From assembly GCA_047602405.1 (NCBI GenBank), contig JASGHJ010000001.1, forward strand, positions 928,001-992,000: a stretch of 64,000 bases of DNA, read 5' to 3'. The translations under genes were made by a program, and so were the position numbers. Origin of the DNA: Anaeromyxobacteraceae bacterium (GTDB lineage Bacteria > Myxococcota > Myxococcia > Myxococcales > Anaeromyxobacteraceae). Shown in pieces: positions 42,077 through 52,300 of this stretch (positions within the stretch are counted from its first letter, which is position 1; every line of letters starts with the position of its first letter). The notes beneath the pieces were generated by a model that saw only the letters and a list, made by a program, of their open reading frames with translations, had not been told where the DNA came from and made no database searches.

Positions 42077-44155
42077 CTAGTAGGGGTCGGCCTGGTTCCA
42101 CCAGGCGCGCGCGTCCTCGACGTTCCGCAGCACCCGGGTGCGCGGGAGCGTGGTGAGGAAGGCCTGACCGTACCGTTTCGTCACGATGCGCCGGTCGAGC
42201 ACGGCGACGAGCCCCCGGTCGCTCGCCGTGCGCACGAGCCGGCCGAAGCCCTGCCGCAGGGCGAGCGCGGCGGCGGGGACCGACAGCTCGTTGAAGCCGT
42301 CCCCACCGTTCACCTCGATCGCGTGCAGCCGCGCCGCCACCAGCGGGTCGCCCGGCGGCGCGAACGGGAGCCGGTCGATGATGACGAGCGAGAGGGCGTC
42401 GCCCGGCACGTCGACGCCCTCCCAGAAGCTCGCCGTCGCGAAGAGCACGCTCGGCTCCTCGCGGAACCGCTCGATGAGCTTCCCCTTCGGCGACTCGCCC
42501 TGGAGCAGCACCTGCCACGGCAGGTCCGCGCACGCGCGGTGGAGCGCGTTCATGTTGCGGGTCGAGGTGCAGAGCACGAACGCGCGCCCCTCGGTCACCG
42601 CCGTGAGCTGGCGGACCGCCTGGATCGCCGCCTCGAGGAAGCGTGGGTCGTTCGGCTCGGGCATGTGGTCCGGGAGGACCAGCGCCGCCTGCTTCTCGAA
42701 GTCGAACGGGCCGGGGTAGCGCGCCTCGGCCACGTCGAACTCGGGCGCGAGGCCGATCTGCCGGCGGAAGAACTGGAAGCTCCCCTGCGCGGCGAGCGTG
42801 GCGGAGGTGAAGACGACGGTGTCGGCACGGCGGAAGAGGCGCGCCTGCAGCTCCTCCGAGACGTCGATGGGCGCCGCGCGCAGGAAGACGCCGCGCCCGC
42901 GCGCCTCGGCGAAGTAGACGCGGGACGGCTCCTTCATCGCGGTCACCGCGGCGAGCTCGACCCGGAGCTCCCCCGCGCGCCGCGCGATCTGGGCGAGCTG
43001 CGGCGAGTCGGCGCCCGCGAGCGGCTCGCGCAGGGCCTCGAGCGCGAAGGTGAGGCGCTCGAGGTCGCGCTCGAGCGGCTCGAGCACGTCGCGCTGGAGC
43101 GGCGCGCGGACCGACTCCTCCTCCCTCGACTCCGCGGCGGCATTCGCCGCCGCTGCGCTCGGGCCGTACGGACGGCGCGAGGAGAGGCTCCGGCCGCGCC
43201 CGCCCGCGCCGTACCGGGAGGTGCCGCCCGCGGCGCCTGCGCGCTGGCTGCCCCGCAGGCCCGTCGCGACGCCCTGGAAGAAGCGCTCGCCCGACTTCCT
43301 GAGCTCGCCCGTGATCTCCTTCATCATCGAGGCGAGATCGGGCCGGTCGGCGACCGACCTGAGCGCGTCGCGGACGAGCTCCTCGACCCGGTAGGAGGAG
43401 ACCTGCAGTCCGAAGTACTCGGTCGCGACCTCCTCGAGGGCGTGCGCCTCGTCGAAGACGATGACGTCGTGCTCGGGCAGCACCTCGACCCCCGCGCGCG
43501 AGGTGCGCAGCGCGAGGTCGGCGAAGAAGAGGTGGTGGTTGACGAGCAGGACGTCTGCCGCCGCGGCGCGGGCGCGGGCCTGCGTGACGAAGCAGGTGTC
43601 GTGGAGCGCGCACTCGCGGCCCGTGCAGCTCTCGCTCGTCGCGGAGAGGTCCTTCCAGGTGCCGTAGCGATCCGGCAGGTCGAGCTCGGAGCGGTCGCCG
43701 GTCTGGGTCGAGGCGGCCCAGGCCTGGATGCGCGGCCAGAACGCGGCGTCCTCGCGCGCCGCGAAGGTCGGCGCGCGCGAGAACTCCTCGCCGCGGGCGA
43801 GGCAGAAGTAGTTCGACCGGCCCTTGAGGTAGGCGGCCTCGAAGGGCAGCCCGAGCGTCTCGCGCAGGAGCGGGATGTCCCGCGTCCAGATCTGCTCCTG
43901 GAGCGTCTTCGTGGCGGTCGAGATCGTGACCTTCCGCCCGGAGAGGATCGCGGGCACGAGGTACGCGAGGGTCTTGCCCGTGCCGGTGCCGGCCTCGGCG
44001 ACGAGGTAGCCGCGGTCGCGGATCGCGCGCTCGACCGCGTGGGCCATCGCGAGCTGGTCGTCGCGGTGCTCGAAGCCCGGCAGCGCGCGGGCGAGGAGCC
44101 CGCCCGCCCCGAGCACGCCGTCGAGGGTTGGCGGTACGTTGCCCTCGGGGATCAT
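42077..44155 (-). CDS. DinG/YoaA-family Fe-S ATP-dependent helicase
   Basis: EAGTGTGKT, KGRSNYFC, CTGRECALHDTC, DEAH, FTSATL, SFWEGVD, QGFGRL. Confidence 0.93.
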   Translation of the reverse strand: MIPEGNVPPTLDGVLGAGGLLARALPGFEHRDDQLAMAHAVERAIRDRGYLVAEAGTGTGKTLAYLVPAILSGRKVTISTATKTLQEQIWTRDIPLLRETLGLPFEAAYLKGRSNYFCLARGEEFSRAPTFAAREDAAFWPRIQAWAASTQTGDRSELDLPDRYGTWKDLSATSESCTGRECALHDTCFVTQARARAAAADVLLVNHHLFFADLALRTSRAGVEVLPEHDVIVFDEAHALEEVATEYFGLQVSSYRVEELVRDALRSVADRPDLASMMKEITGELRKSGERFFQGVATGLRGSQRAGAAGGTSRYGAGGRGRSLSSRRPYGPSAAAANAAAESREEESVRAPLQRDVLEPLERDLERLTFALEALREPLAGADSPQLAQIARRAGELRVELAAVTAMKEPSRVYFAEARGRGVFLRAAPIDVSEELQARLFRRADTVVFTSATLAAQGSFQFFRRQIGLAPEFDVAEARYPGPFDFEKQAALVLPDHMPEPNDPRFLEAAIQAVRQLTAVTEGRAFVLCTSTRNMNALHRACADLPWQVLLQGESPKGKLIERFREEPSVLFATASFWEGVDVPGDALSLVIIDRLPFAPPGDPLVAARLHAIEVNGGDGFNELSVPAAALALRQGFGRLVRTASDRGLVAVLDRRIVTKRYGQAFLTTLPRTRVLRNVEDARAWWNQADPY
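43123..43171 (+). repeat. Palindromic REP-like element, copy F, in-frame inside the helicase
   Basis: CCC-TCGACTCC-GCGGCGGC-ATTC-GCCGCCGC-TGCGCTC-GGG-CCGTACGG; read as PYGPSAAAANAAAESR. Confidence 0.85.
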
Positions 44156-44550
44156 CAGAGCGCCGGGCCTCGCGAGAGCAGCTCGAACAGCTTCCAGGCC
44201 GCCCACGCGCCGAGCGAGGCGAGCAACGAGTAGGCGGCGGCCTTCACCCACCGGGGCAGCGCGGCCGGCGGGGCGGTGCGCGGCAGCATGGCGAGCCCCT
44301 GCACGGTCGCCCGCTTCACGATCTCGTCGCGCCAGCGCGCGGCGATCGCGTCCGCCGGGCGCTCGGCGATCACCGCGCGGTAACGCTGCCCGGCGCGGGT
44401 GAGGCCGTCGAGGTCGGAGAACCGGTTCAGGTACCCGCGGTGCGCCGCGTCGTCCTCCCAGGCGGCCAGGACCGCCGCCCAGGCGCGCGCCTCCTCCGGC
44501 GCGTCGGACGCGTCGGGGGAAATGCCGGGGCTGTCGAGGTCGGGGGCCAC
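44155..44550 (-). CDS. Hypothetical protein with C-terminal TM, coupled to the helicase
   Basis: AWAAVLAAWEDDAAHRGYL, TM AAYSLLASLGAWAAW, TGATG overlap; start uncertain. Confidence 0.65.
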   Translation of the reverse strand: MAPDLDSPGISPDASDAPEEARAWAAVLAAWEDDAAHRGYLNRFSDLDGLTRAGQRYRAVIAERPADAIAARWRDEIVKRATVQGLAMLPRTAPPAALPRWVKAAAYSLLASLGAWAAWKLFELLSRGPAL

Positions 44551-44744
44551 GCGGACCGCGCAGTGTATCCGAACGGGCTCGGGTGGTGCGAGGCACCTCG
44601 CGCGGGGCCCGGATCGCCTGCAGCCGGGCGTCTCCCTGCCGGCGACCGGTCCTCGCCTGGTGGGCCCGGACCCACCCGGGCGCCGGAACGCCTCGCGCGA
44701 GGGTGGCACCGGGAGTGGGGGTTCCTGGCCCCGCGGAGGCCCGC

Positions 44745-46202
44745 ATGACGAAGGCACGGGTGTACCCTGTCGTTTCACGCGCGGTGTGGCTCGCGCTCGC
44801 GGTCGCGGGCGTCGCCGCCTGCGGTGCCGCGGACGCGCCCGCGGACGCGGCCGAGGTGGCCACCACCGCCGCCGCCGGCCGCTCCGGCGACGGGGACGGC
44901 GCGTCCCTGCGCTGGATCCCGAACGGCTCCGGCGTGTCGCTCACGCTCCGCGCCGACGGCGGACCGCTCGACGACCGCGCGAACCCGTTCTTCCTCTCGC
45001 TCGGCACGAACGGCCGCGCCTGCTCGAGCTGCCACGTCCCCGAGGCCGGGATGACGATCACCCCGGCGGTGGCCCAGCGGGCCTTCGCGCGCACCGGCGG
45101 CCGTGATCCCATGTTCCGGACGAACGACGGCGCCGTGTCGCCGCTCGCCGACGTCTCGACCGTGCGCGCCCGGCGGAAGGCCTACGCGCTCCTCCTCGAC
45201 CGCGCGGTCATCCGCGTGGGGATCGGCGTCCCCGCGGGCGCCGAGTTCGAGCTCCTCTCGACCGCCGACCCGCACGCCTTCGCGAGCGCGGCGGAGCTCT
45301 CGCTCTTCCGCCGCCCGCTCCCCACCGCGAACCTCCGCTTCCTCTCGACGGTCATGTGGGACGGCCGGGAGACGTTCAGGGACACCTCCGAGCCGACCGG
45401 GTTCGCCACGATCCCCTTCGACCTCGCGCACCAAGCGAACGGCGCCACGGTGGGCCACGCCCAGGCCGCCGCGCCGCTCGACGACGCGCAGCGGTCCGCG
45501 ATCGTCGCGTACGAGAGCCAGCTCTTCACCGCGCAGGCGTGGGATGCGGACGCCGGGTGGCTCGACGCCCGCGGCGCGCGGGGTGGCCCGCGCGCGCTCT
45601 CCGGGGAGCCGTTCCACTTCGGCATCAACGACACGCTCGGGAACGACCCCGCCGGCCTGCCGTTCGACCCGGTCGCGATGACGCTCTTCGACGGCTGGGC
45701 CGGCGCGTCCGGCGCCCGCGCGGCGATCGCACGCGGCCAGGCCCTCTTAAATTCGCGCACCTTCGACATCGCCGGCGTGGGTGGCCTCAACGACGACCTC
45801 GGCATTCCCACGCTCCGCGGCACCTGCACGACCTGCCACAACGCGCCGAACGCCGGCGACCACACCGTGCCGATGCCGCTGCGGATCGGGATTGACGCGC
45901 CGGTCCCGGCCGGCGGCGCCCTCGACACGCGCGGGCTCCCCCGCTACGTGCTGCGCAACCTCGCCACGGGCGAGACGATCGAGACGACCGACCCCGGCCG
46001 CGCGCTCGTCACCGGACGGTGGAAGGACGTGGGCCGCTTCAAGGGCCCCGTGCTCCGCGGCCTCGCCTCGCGCCCGCCGTACTTCCACAACGGCTCGGCG
46101 GCGACGCTCGAGGACGCGGTGCGGTTCTACGACGCCCGCTTCTCGATTGGCCTCACCGACGCGGAGGTGGCGGACCTCGTGGCGTTCCTCGCGGCGCTCT
46201 GA
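44745..46202 (+). CDS. Di-heme cytochrome c peroxidase/MauG-superfamily lipoprotein
   Basis: CSSCH and CTTCH, MWDGR, DPGRAL, FKGPVLRGL, PYFHNGS; lipobox VAAC; SD GGAGG. Confidence 0.88.
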   Translation: MTKARVYPVVSRAVWLALAVAGVAACGAADAPADAAEVATTAAAGRSGDGDGASLRWIPNGSGVSLTLRADGGPLDDRANPFFLSLGTNGRACSSCHVPEAGMTITPAVAQRAFARTGGRDPMFRTNDGAVSPLADVSTVRARRKAYALLLDRAVIRVGIGVPAGAEFELLSTADPHAFASAAELSLFRRPLPTANLRFLSTVMWDGRETFRDTSEPTGFATIPFDLAHQANGATVGHAQAAAPLDDAQRSAIVAYESQLFTAQAWDADAGWLDARGARGGPRALSGEPFHFGINDTLGNDPAGLPFDPVAMTLFDGWAGASGARAAIARGQALLNSRTFDIAGVGGLNDDLGIPTLRGTCTTCHNAPNAGDHTVPMPLRIGIDAPVPAGGALDTRGLPRYVLRNLATGETIETTDPGRALVTGRWKDVGRFKGPVLRGLASRPPYFHNGSAATLEDAVRFYDARFSIGLTDAEVADLVAFLAAL

Positions 46203-46206
46203 CGGC

Positions 46207-47790
46207 TCAGGCCTTCAGGCGGGCGAGGATCGCCTGGAACCTGGGCTCGTCGCGCAGCGAGGCGACGTCGGGGTCGTGCGTGATCCACGCCCGTGAGCCC
46301 TCGCCCTTCGCGGCGGCGCGCTCGAGCAGGTCGAGCGCGCGCGACCGGTCGCCGGCGCGGGCGAAGTAGCAGGCGACGTTGTACAGCACGGTGAAGTCGT
46401 CGCCGCCGAGGGCCAGCGCCCGCTCTGCCCATGCGGCCGCGCGCCTGCGCCCCCCCACCTGCCAGTCCAGGGCCGCGCCGAAGTAGAGCGCCCGCACGTC
46501 GTCGGGCGCGATCGCGAGGCGGCGCTCGGTGGCTGCGAGCCCGAGCACGCTCGCCCTGCGCGCCGCCTCGAGGTCGCCCGCGTTCTGCAGGGCATTCTCC
46601 AGCATGGCGAGGGCGGCGTAGTCGTCCGGATCGCGCCGCACCGCCTCCTCGAAGGCCGCGACCGCCTCGCGGGCTCGGCCCATCGCGTGGAGCGCGCGGC
46701 CGTGGAAGTACGGCGCGTCCGCCCAGCCTGGCGCGAGCGCCTCGGCGCTGCGGAAGTCGGCCTCCGCCTCCTCGGCTCGGCCGAGCAGGGTGAGCACGTT
46801 CGCGTGCGCGAGGCGCGCCTCGGCCAGCTCCGGCGCGAGCCGGAGCGCCTCCGCGGCGGCGGCGAGCGCCTCCCCGCGCAGGTCGCCGGCCCCGGGCACC
46901 GTGAAGTTCCAGGTGGCCGCCATCACGGCGACGTCCGCCAGCGCGGCGTGGGCGTGCGCGAAGCCCGGGTCGAGCGCGATCGCCGCCTTCGCCGCGTCCC
47001 GGGCCTCGGCGAGGCCGGCGGGGCTGTGCCCCATGAGCGCGTGTCGCGCGCGCAGGTAGAGGTCGTAGGCGCGCGGCTCCCTCGTCGCGCGGCTCGCCCC
47101 GGACGCCCGGAGCCGGCCCTCCTCGTCCCCGCCCACCCGCAGCCGGAGCGCCCGCACGACCGCGAGCGCGATCTCCTCCTGCACCGCGAAGGTGTCCTCG
47201 AGGGCGCGGTCGAACGACTCGCTCCAGAGGTCCACGCCCGCCCGCGCGTCGACGATGCGCGCCGCGACCCGCACCCGGCCCCCCGCGCGCCGGACGCTCC
47301 CCTCGAGCAGGGTCGTCGCGCCGAGCGCGCGGCCCACCTCCCGCGCGTCCATGTCCTTGCCCCGGAACTGGAAGGAGGAGGAGCGCGAGATCACCCGCAG
47401 ACCCGGCACGCAGCAGAGCGCCCCGAGCATCTCCTCGGCCACCCCGTCGCAGAACCACGCGTGGTCCCCTCCGGGGGAGAGGTCGGAGAACGGGAGCACG
47501 GCGACGGAGGGCGGACCCTCCGGACCGGCCTGCGGGTGGTTCCCCGCAGCAGGCGCGGTCCGTTCGAGTCCGCGGGGGGTCAGGTCGTAGATCCACGAGA
47601 GGATCGCCGCGGCCGGGAAGCCCGCCGCGAGGCCGAGGACCACGAGCCGCATCGCGCCCTCGCCCAGGCCGAGCGCGTGCAGGATGGGCTCGGCGACCTG
47701 CAGCACGCCGAACGCGACCACGCCGTAGGCGAGCAGCACCCGCACCACGCGGCGGCGCCGGAGCTCCTCGTAGAAGGACGCGAGACCCAC
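46207..47790 (-). CDS. Membrane-anchored TolB-N-like + TPR protein
   Basis: ELRRRRVVRV...AY, two TMs, SVAVLPFSDLS, VISRSSSFQF, LEGSVR, TPR repeats, YNVAC. Confidence 0.82.
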   Translation of the reverse strand: MGLASFYEELRRRRVVRVLLAYGVVAFGVLQVAEPILHALGLGEGAMRLVVLGLAAGFPAAAILSWIYDLTPRGLERTAPAAGNHPQAGPEGPPSVAVLPFSDLSPGGDHAWFCDGVAEEMLGALCCVPGLRVISRSSSFQFRGKDMDAREVGRALGATTLLEGSVRRAGGRVRVAARIVDARAGVDLWSESFDRALEDTFAVQEEIALAVVRALRLRVGGDEEGRLRASGASRATREPRAYDLYLRARHALMGHSPAGLAEARDAAKAAIALDPGFAHAHAALADVAVMAATWNFTVPGAGDLRGEALAAAAEALRLAPELAEARLAHANVLTLLGRAEEAEADFRSAEALAPGWADAPYFHGRALHAMGRAREAVAAFEEAVRRDPDDYAALAMLENALQNAGDLEAARRASVLGLAATERRLAIAPDDVRALYFGAALDWQVGGRRRAAAWAERALALGGDDFTVLYNVACYFARAGDRSRALDLLERAAAKGEGSRAWITHDPDVASLRDEPRFQAILARLKA

Positions 47791-47901
47791 GATGTCCGCA
47801 GCGTACCAGACCGGCTGCCCGCCATCCGGGAGAGGAACGGCGGGGGTCACACGCCGATGGACACCGTGTGAACACCCGGGAGGCGGTAGGCTGGGTCGCC
47901 C

Positions 47902-48819
47902 GTGAGCAGCGACCCCGCCGCCCCCGCGCCGCCGCCCCGCGGCCTCCTCGTGCTCGCGTTCGCGGCGATCTTCGTCGTGTGGGGCACGACGTTCCTCGCG
48001 ATCCGCTACGCGGTCGAGACCCTCCCGCCACTCGTCACGGCGGGCGTGCGCCACGCCACGGCGGGGACCATCCTCTTCGCGCTCGCCTGGGCCCGCGGCT
48101 ACCGCCCGCGCCGCTCCGACTGGCTCGCGGGGAGCGTGCTCGGCGCGCTGTTCTTCCTCGCGGGCCACGGCCTGCTCCACTGGGCCGAGCAGCACATCGC
48201 CTCGGGGCTCGCGGCGCTCCTCATCGCGACCGAGCCGCTCGTGATCCTCGGGCTCGGCGTGGCCCTGGGCCGCCAGCGGCTCAACCGGTGGAACTCGGTC
48301 GGCCTCCTCGTGGGCCTCGCGGGCGTGGCGCTCCTCACGGTGCCGGAGCTCGGCGAGCTCCCGGTCATCGACCGGGCGATCTTCGCGACCCTGCTGAGCT
48401 CGCTCGCGTGGTCGGTCGGCGTCGTCGTCGGCCCGCTGCTCCGCCTGCCGGCGCACCCGCTCGGCCGCGCCGCGGTCACGACCCTCACCGGCGGTGCGAT
48501 GTTGCTCGTGCTCGCGGCGCTCACCGGCGAGCTCGCCGCGTTCGATCCGGGCGCGGTCTCGCTCCGCTCCTGGCTCGGGCTCCTGTACCTCATCACCTTC
48601 GGCTCGGTCGTCGCGTTCTCGGCGTACTCGTGGCTCCTGCAGCACGTCTCGCCGACGCTCGTCTCGACGCACACGTTCGTGAACCCGGTGGTCGCCGTGC
48701 TCGCGGGCTGGCTCTGGGCGGGCGAGCCGCTCGGCGGCGGGCTCGCGCTCGCCGCGGCGGCGATCGTGATCGCGGTGGTGCTCGTGCAGCGGGGGGAGCG
48801 GGCGGCGAGCGCCGGCTGA
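47902..48819 (+). CDS. EamA/DMT-family transporter
   Basis: VVWGTTFLAIR, ~10 TMs, YLITFGSVVAFSAY, VNPVVAV. Confidence 0.9.
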   Translation: MSSDPAAPAPPPRGLLVLAFAAIFVVWGTTFLAIRYAVETLPPLVTAGVRHATAGTILFALAWARGYRPRRSDWLAGSVLGALFFLAGHGLLHWAEQHIASGLAALLIATEPLVILGLGVALGRQRLNRWNSVGLLVGLAGVALLTVPELGELPVIDRAIFATLLSSLAWSVGVVVGPLLRLPAHPLGRAAVTTLTGGAMLLVLAALTGELAAFDPGAVSLRSWLGLLYLITFGSVVAFSAYSWLLQHVSPTLVSTHTFVNPVVAVLAGWLWAGEPLGGGLALAAAAIVIAVVLVQRGERAASAG

Positions 48820-48825
48820 GGGCTG

Positions 48826-49362
48826 TCAGACGCCGGAGAGGTGGTCGATGACCTCGCAGGTGAGCGAGTCGATCCAGACGCCGTGGCCGCTGCCGCCGAT
48901 CGGGATCGTGAGGGTGATGCCAGCTCCGGGACTGGGCGTGACGGTGCTGTTCCTGCCCGGGTATCGGAGCCCCACGTAATAGAACGATCTGTCGCCGACC
49001 GCGGCGCGCTGCTCGTCATACCCTGTCGCGTAGTAGGGCACGGCCTCCACGAAGCGCTCCCAGGTGGTCGGGCCCACGAGCCTGGACACGTGCATGCGCT
49101 CCAGGGAGAAGCGCTGCGCACGTGCGCTCTCGCGTGCGACTTCGGTCGCCCGCGTTTCGTTGCAGAGGGGCCTGGCGGACCCGGCACCCGCGTGCGCGCA
49201 GGAGGCCGACATCAGCGCGAGCAGCGAGATGGCCTTCGTGACCTGTCGCAGCGGCGACCCGATCTCGAACGCTCCCGCTGGAGACGCTGGAGGGAGTTCC
49301 GGGGCCAGCTCGACCCGCGCCGGACGCGACGACGCGCGCCGCTCGCCCCTCGCCGCGCTCAC
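48826..49362 (-). CDS. Hypothetical exported protein (start uncertain)
   Basis: ORF with signal-like ISLLALMSASC segment; weaker codon bias. Confidence 0.35.
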   Translation of the reverse strand: MSAARGERRASSRPARVELAPELPPASPAGAFEIGSPLRQVTKAISLLALMSASCAHAGAGSARPLCNETRATEVARESARAQRFSLERMHVSRLVGPTTWERFVEAVPYYATGYDEQRAAVGDRSFYYVGLRYPGRNSTVTPSPGAGITLTIPIGGSGHGVWIDSLTCEVIDHLSGV

Positions 49363-52300
49363 GACAGCACGAGCACGAGGTCGTCCTTCTCGACCTTGTC
49401 ACCCTCCTTGAACCGCACCTCGGCGACGGTGCCCTCGGCCTTCGACTTCACGCTCGTCTCCATCTTCATCGCCTCGGAGACGAAGAGTACCTGGCCGACG
49501 GTGACGGGGTTCCCCACCTTCACCGCGAGCTTCACGAGCTTCCCGGGCATCGGGGCGCCGACGTGCTTTCCGTTGCCCTTGTCGGCCTTCGGGCGCGCGG
49601 TGCCGTCCTTCGCGGCGGAGGCGTCCTTCACGGTGACCGCGCGCGACTCCCCGTTGAGCTCGAAGTAGACCTCGCGCGTGCCGTCCTTTTGGAGCGGGCC
49701 GACGTTCGCGAGGCGCACGATGAGCGTCTTCCCGGGCGAGATCTCGATCAGCACCTCCTGGCCGAGCTCGAGGCCGTAGAAGAACTGCGGCGTCGGGATG
49801 ACCGAGGTGTCCGAGAACTCCTGCTGGTGGCGCAGGAGGTCGGCGGTGACCGAGGGGTAGAGCACCCAGGACGTGAGCGCGGTGTCGGAGATCGGCTGGC
49901 CGGCCCGCTCGGCGGCCTGGGCGCGGAGCTTCTCGAAGTCGACCGGATCGAGGAGCTCGCCGGGGCGGTGGGTGATGGGCTTCTCGCCCTTCAGGATCGC
50001 CTCCTGCACGTCCTTCGGCCACCCGCCGTGGGGTTGCCCGAGCATGCCCTTCATCATCCCGACCACCGACTCCGGGAAGACGAGGTCCTTCGCCCTCTTC
50101 ACGACGTCCTCGGGCTCGAGGTCGTTCTTCACGAGGAACATCGCCATGTCGCCGACGACCTTCGAGCTCGGCGTCACCTTCACGACGTCGCCGAACAGGA
50201 GGTTCACCTTCCGGTACATGTCCTTGCACTCCTCCCAGCGGTCGAGCAGCCCGAGCCCGGCCACCTGCGGCTTGAAGTTCGAGTACTGGCCGCCGGGGAT
50301 TTCGTGCGCGTACACCTCGGCGGTGCCGCTGCGCAGCCCGGACTCGAAGGGGGCGTACCACTCCCGCACCGTCTCCCAGTAGGCCGCGAGCTGCTGCAGG
50401 CCGTCCTGATCCAGGCCGGTGTCGCGCTCGTGGCCGGCGAGGCAGGCGACGAGGGTGTTGAGGTTCGCCTGCGAGGTGAGGCCGGAGAGCGGCGCGATGG
50501 CCGCGTCCACGACGTCGACGCCCGCCTGCGCGGCCTCCAGCAGCGTCGCGCCGGCGAAGCCGGAGGTGTCGTGCGTGTGGAGGTGGACCGGGATCCCGAC
50601 CGCCTCCTTGAGCGCCTTCACGAGCTTGCGGGCCGCGAAGGGCTTGAGGAGCCCCGCCATGTCCTTCACGCCCAGGAAGTGGGCGCCCATCCGCTCGAGC
50701 TCCTTCGCGAGCGAGACGTAGTAGTCGAGCGGGTACTTGTCCCGCTTCGGGTCGGTGATGTCGCCCGTGTAGCAGACGGCGGCTTCGCAGACCTTGCCGG
50801 ACTTCCGCACGGCCTCCATCGCGACGGCCATGCCCTTCGTCCAGTTGAGCGCGTCGAACACGCGGAACACGTCGACGCCGCGCGCGGCGGCCTCCTCCAC
50901 GAACCGCTCGACGACGTTGTCGGGGTAGTTCGTGTAGCCGACCGCGTTCGAGCCGCGGAGCAGCATCTGGAGGAGGAGGTTCGGCACCGCGGCGCGGAGG
51001 TCCGTGAGGCGCCGCCACGGGTCCTCCTTCAGGAACCGCTGGCAGACGTCGAACGTCGCGCCGCCCCAGGCCTCGAGCGAGAAGAGCCCGGAGGCGAGGC
51101 GCGCGGTCGCGGGCGCCACGCGCAGCAGGTCGTAGCTCCGCACGCGGGTCGCGAGCACCGACTGGTGCGCGTCGCGCCAGGTGGTGTCGGTGAGGAGGAG
51201 CCGCTTCTGCGCGAGCACCCACCGGGCGAGCGCCTCGGGCCCTTCGGCGTCGAGGAGCTGCTTCGTGCCCTTCGGCGGCGCCTCGAGGTGGTCGTAGACC
51301 GGCATCCGCGGCTCGCGGCAGGCGGTGGCCTTGAGCGGGTTCGCGACGCCCGGCGAGCCGTTCACGATGACCTCGCCCAGGTAGGCGAGGAGCTTCGTGC
51401 CGCGGTCCTGCTTCACCGGCATCCGGAGCAGCTCCGGGTGCGCGTCGATGAAGGTCGTGTCGCACTGGCCGCTCGTGAAGAGCGGGTGCTCGATGACGTT
51501 CTCGAGGAACCCGATGTTGGTCTTCACCCCGCGGATGCGGAACTCCTGCAGGCAGCGGTCCATGACCCGCGCCGCCTGCGCGAAGTCGAGCCCCCAGGTC
51601 GAGACCTTCACGAGGAGCGAGTCGTAGTGCGGCGTGATCACCGCGCCGCCGAACGCGCTGCCGGCGTCGAGGCGCACGCCCGCGCCGCCCGGGCTGCGGT
51701 ACGCCTTCACGACGCCGATGTCCGGCGCGAAGCCGTTCTGCGGGTCCTCGGTGGTGACGCGGCACTGGATGGCGTGGCCGCGCATCTGGATGTCGGCCTG
51801 GCTCCCCATGCCGAGCTCGGCGAGCGTCGCGCCCTCCGCGATGCGGAGCTGGGCCTGCACGAGGTTCCGCCCGGTGATCATCTCGGTCACCGTGTGCTCG
51901 ACCTGGATGCGCGGGTTCATCTCGATGAAGTAGAAGCGGCCGTCGCGATCGAGGAGGAACTCGCAGGTGCCGGCGCTGCGGTACTGCACCGAGCCGGCGA
52001 TCTTCAGGGCGGCGGCGCAGATGGCCTCGCGCTTCGCCGGATCGAGCGCGAGCGCGGGGGCGAACTCGACGACCTTCTGGTGGCGCCGCTGGATGGAGCA
52101 GTCGCGCTCGAAGAGGTGGACGAGGTTGCCGTGCCCGTCGCCCAGCACCTGCACCTCGATGTGCTTCGGCCCCTCGAGGTAGCGCTCCAGGAAGACGGTC
52201 GGGTTGCCGAACGACGCCTGCGCCTCGCGGCGCGCCGCCGCGAGTCCCGTGACGAGCTCCTCGCGGGTGCGGGCGACGCGCATGCCGCGCCCGCCGCCGC

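Noticed and set aside
42068..42090. Intrinsic terminator hairpin after the helicase (similar GC hairpins near 18257-18284 and 21670-21705)
   Set aside because: Stems exist but no U-tract follows, so termination cannot be supported from sequence.
44704..44720. Sigma54 promoter before the di-heme peroxidase
   Set aside because: TGGCAC is present but the -12 GC element is missing at the required spacing.
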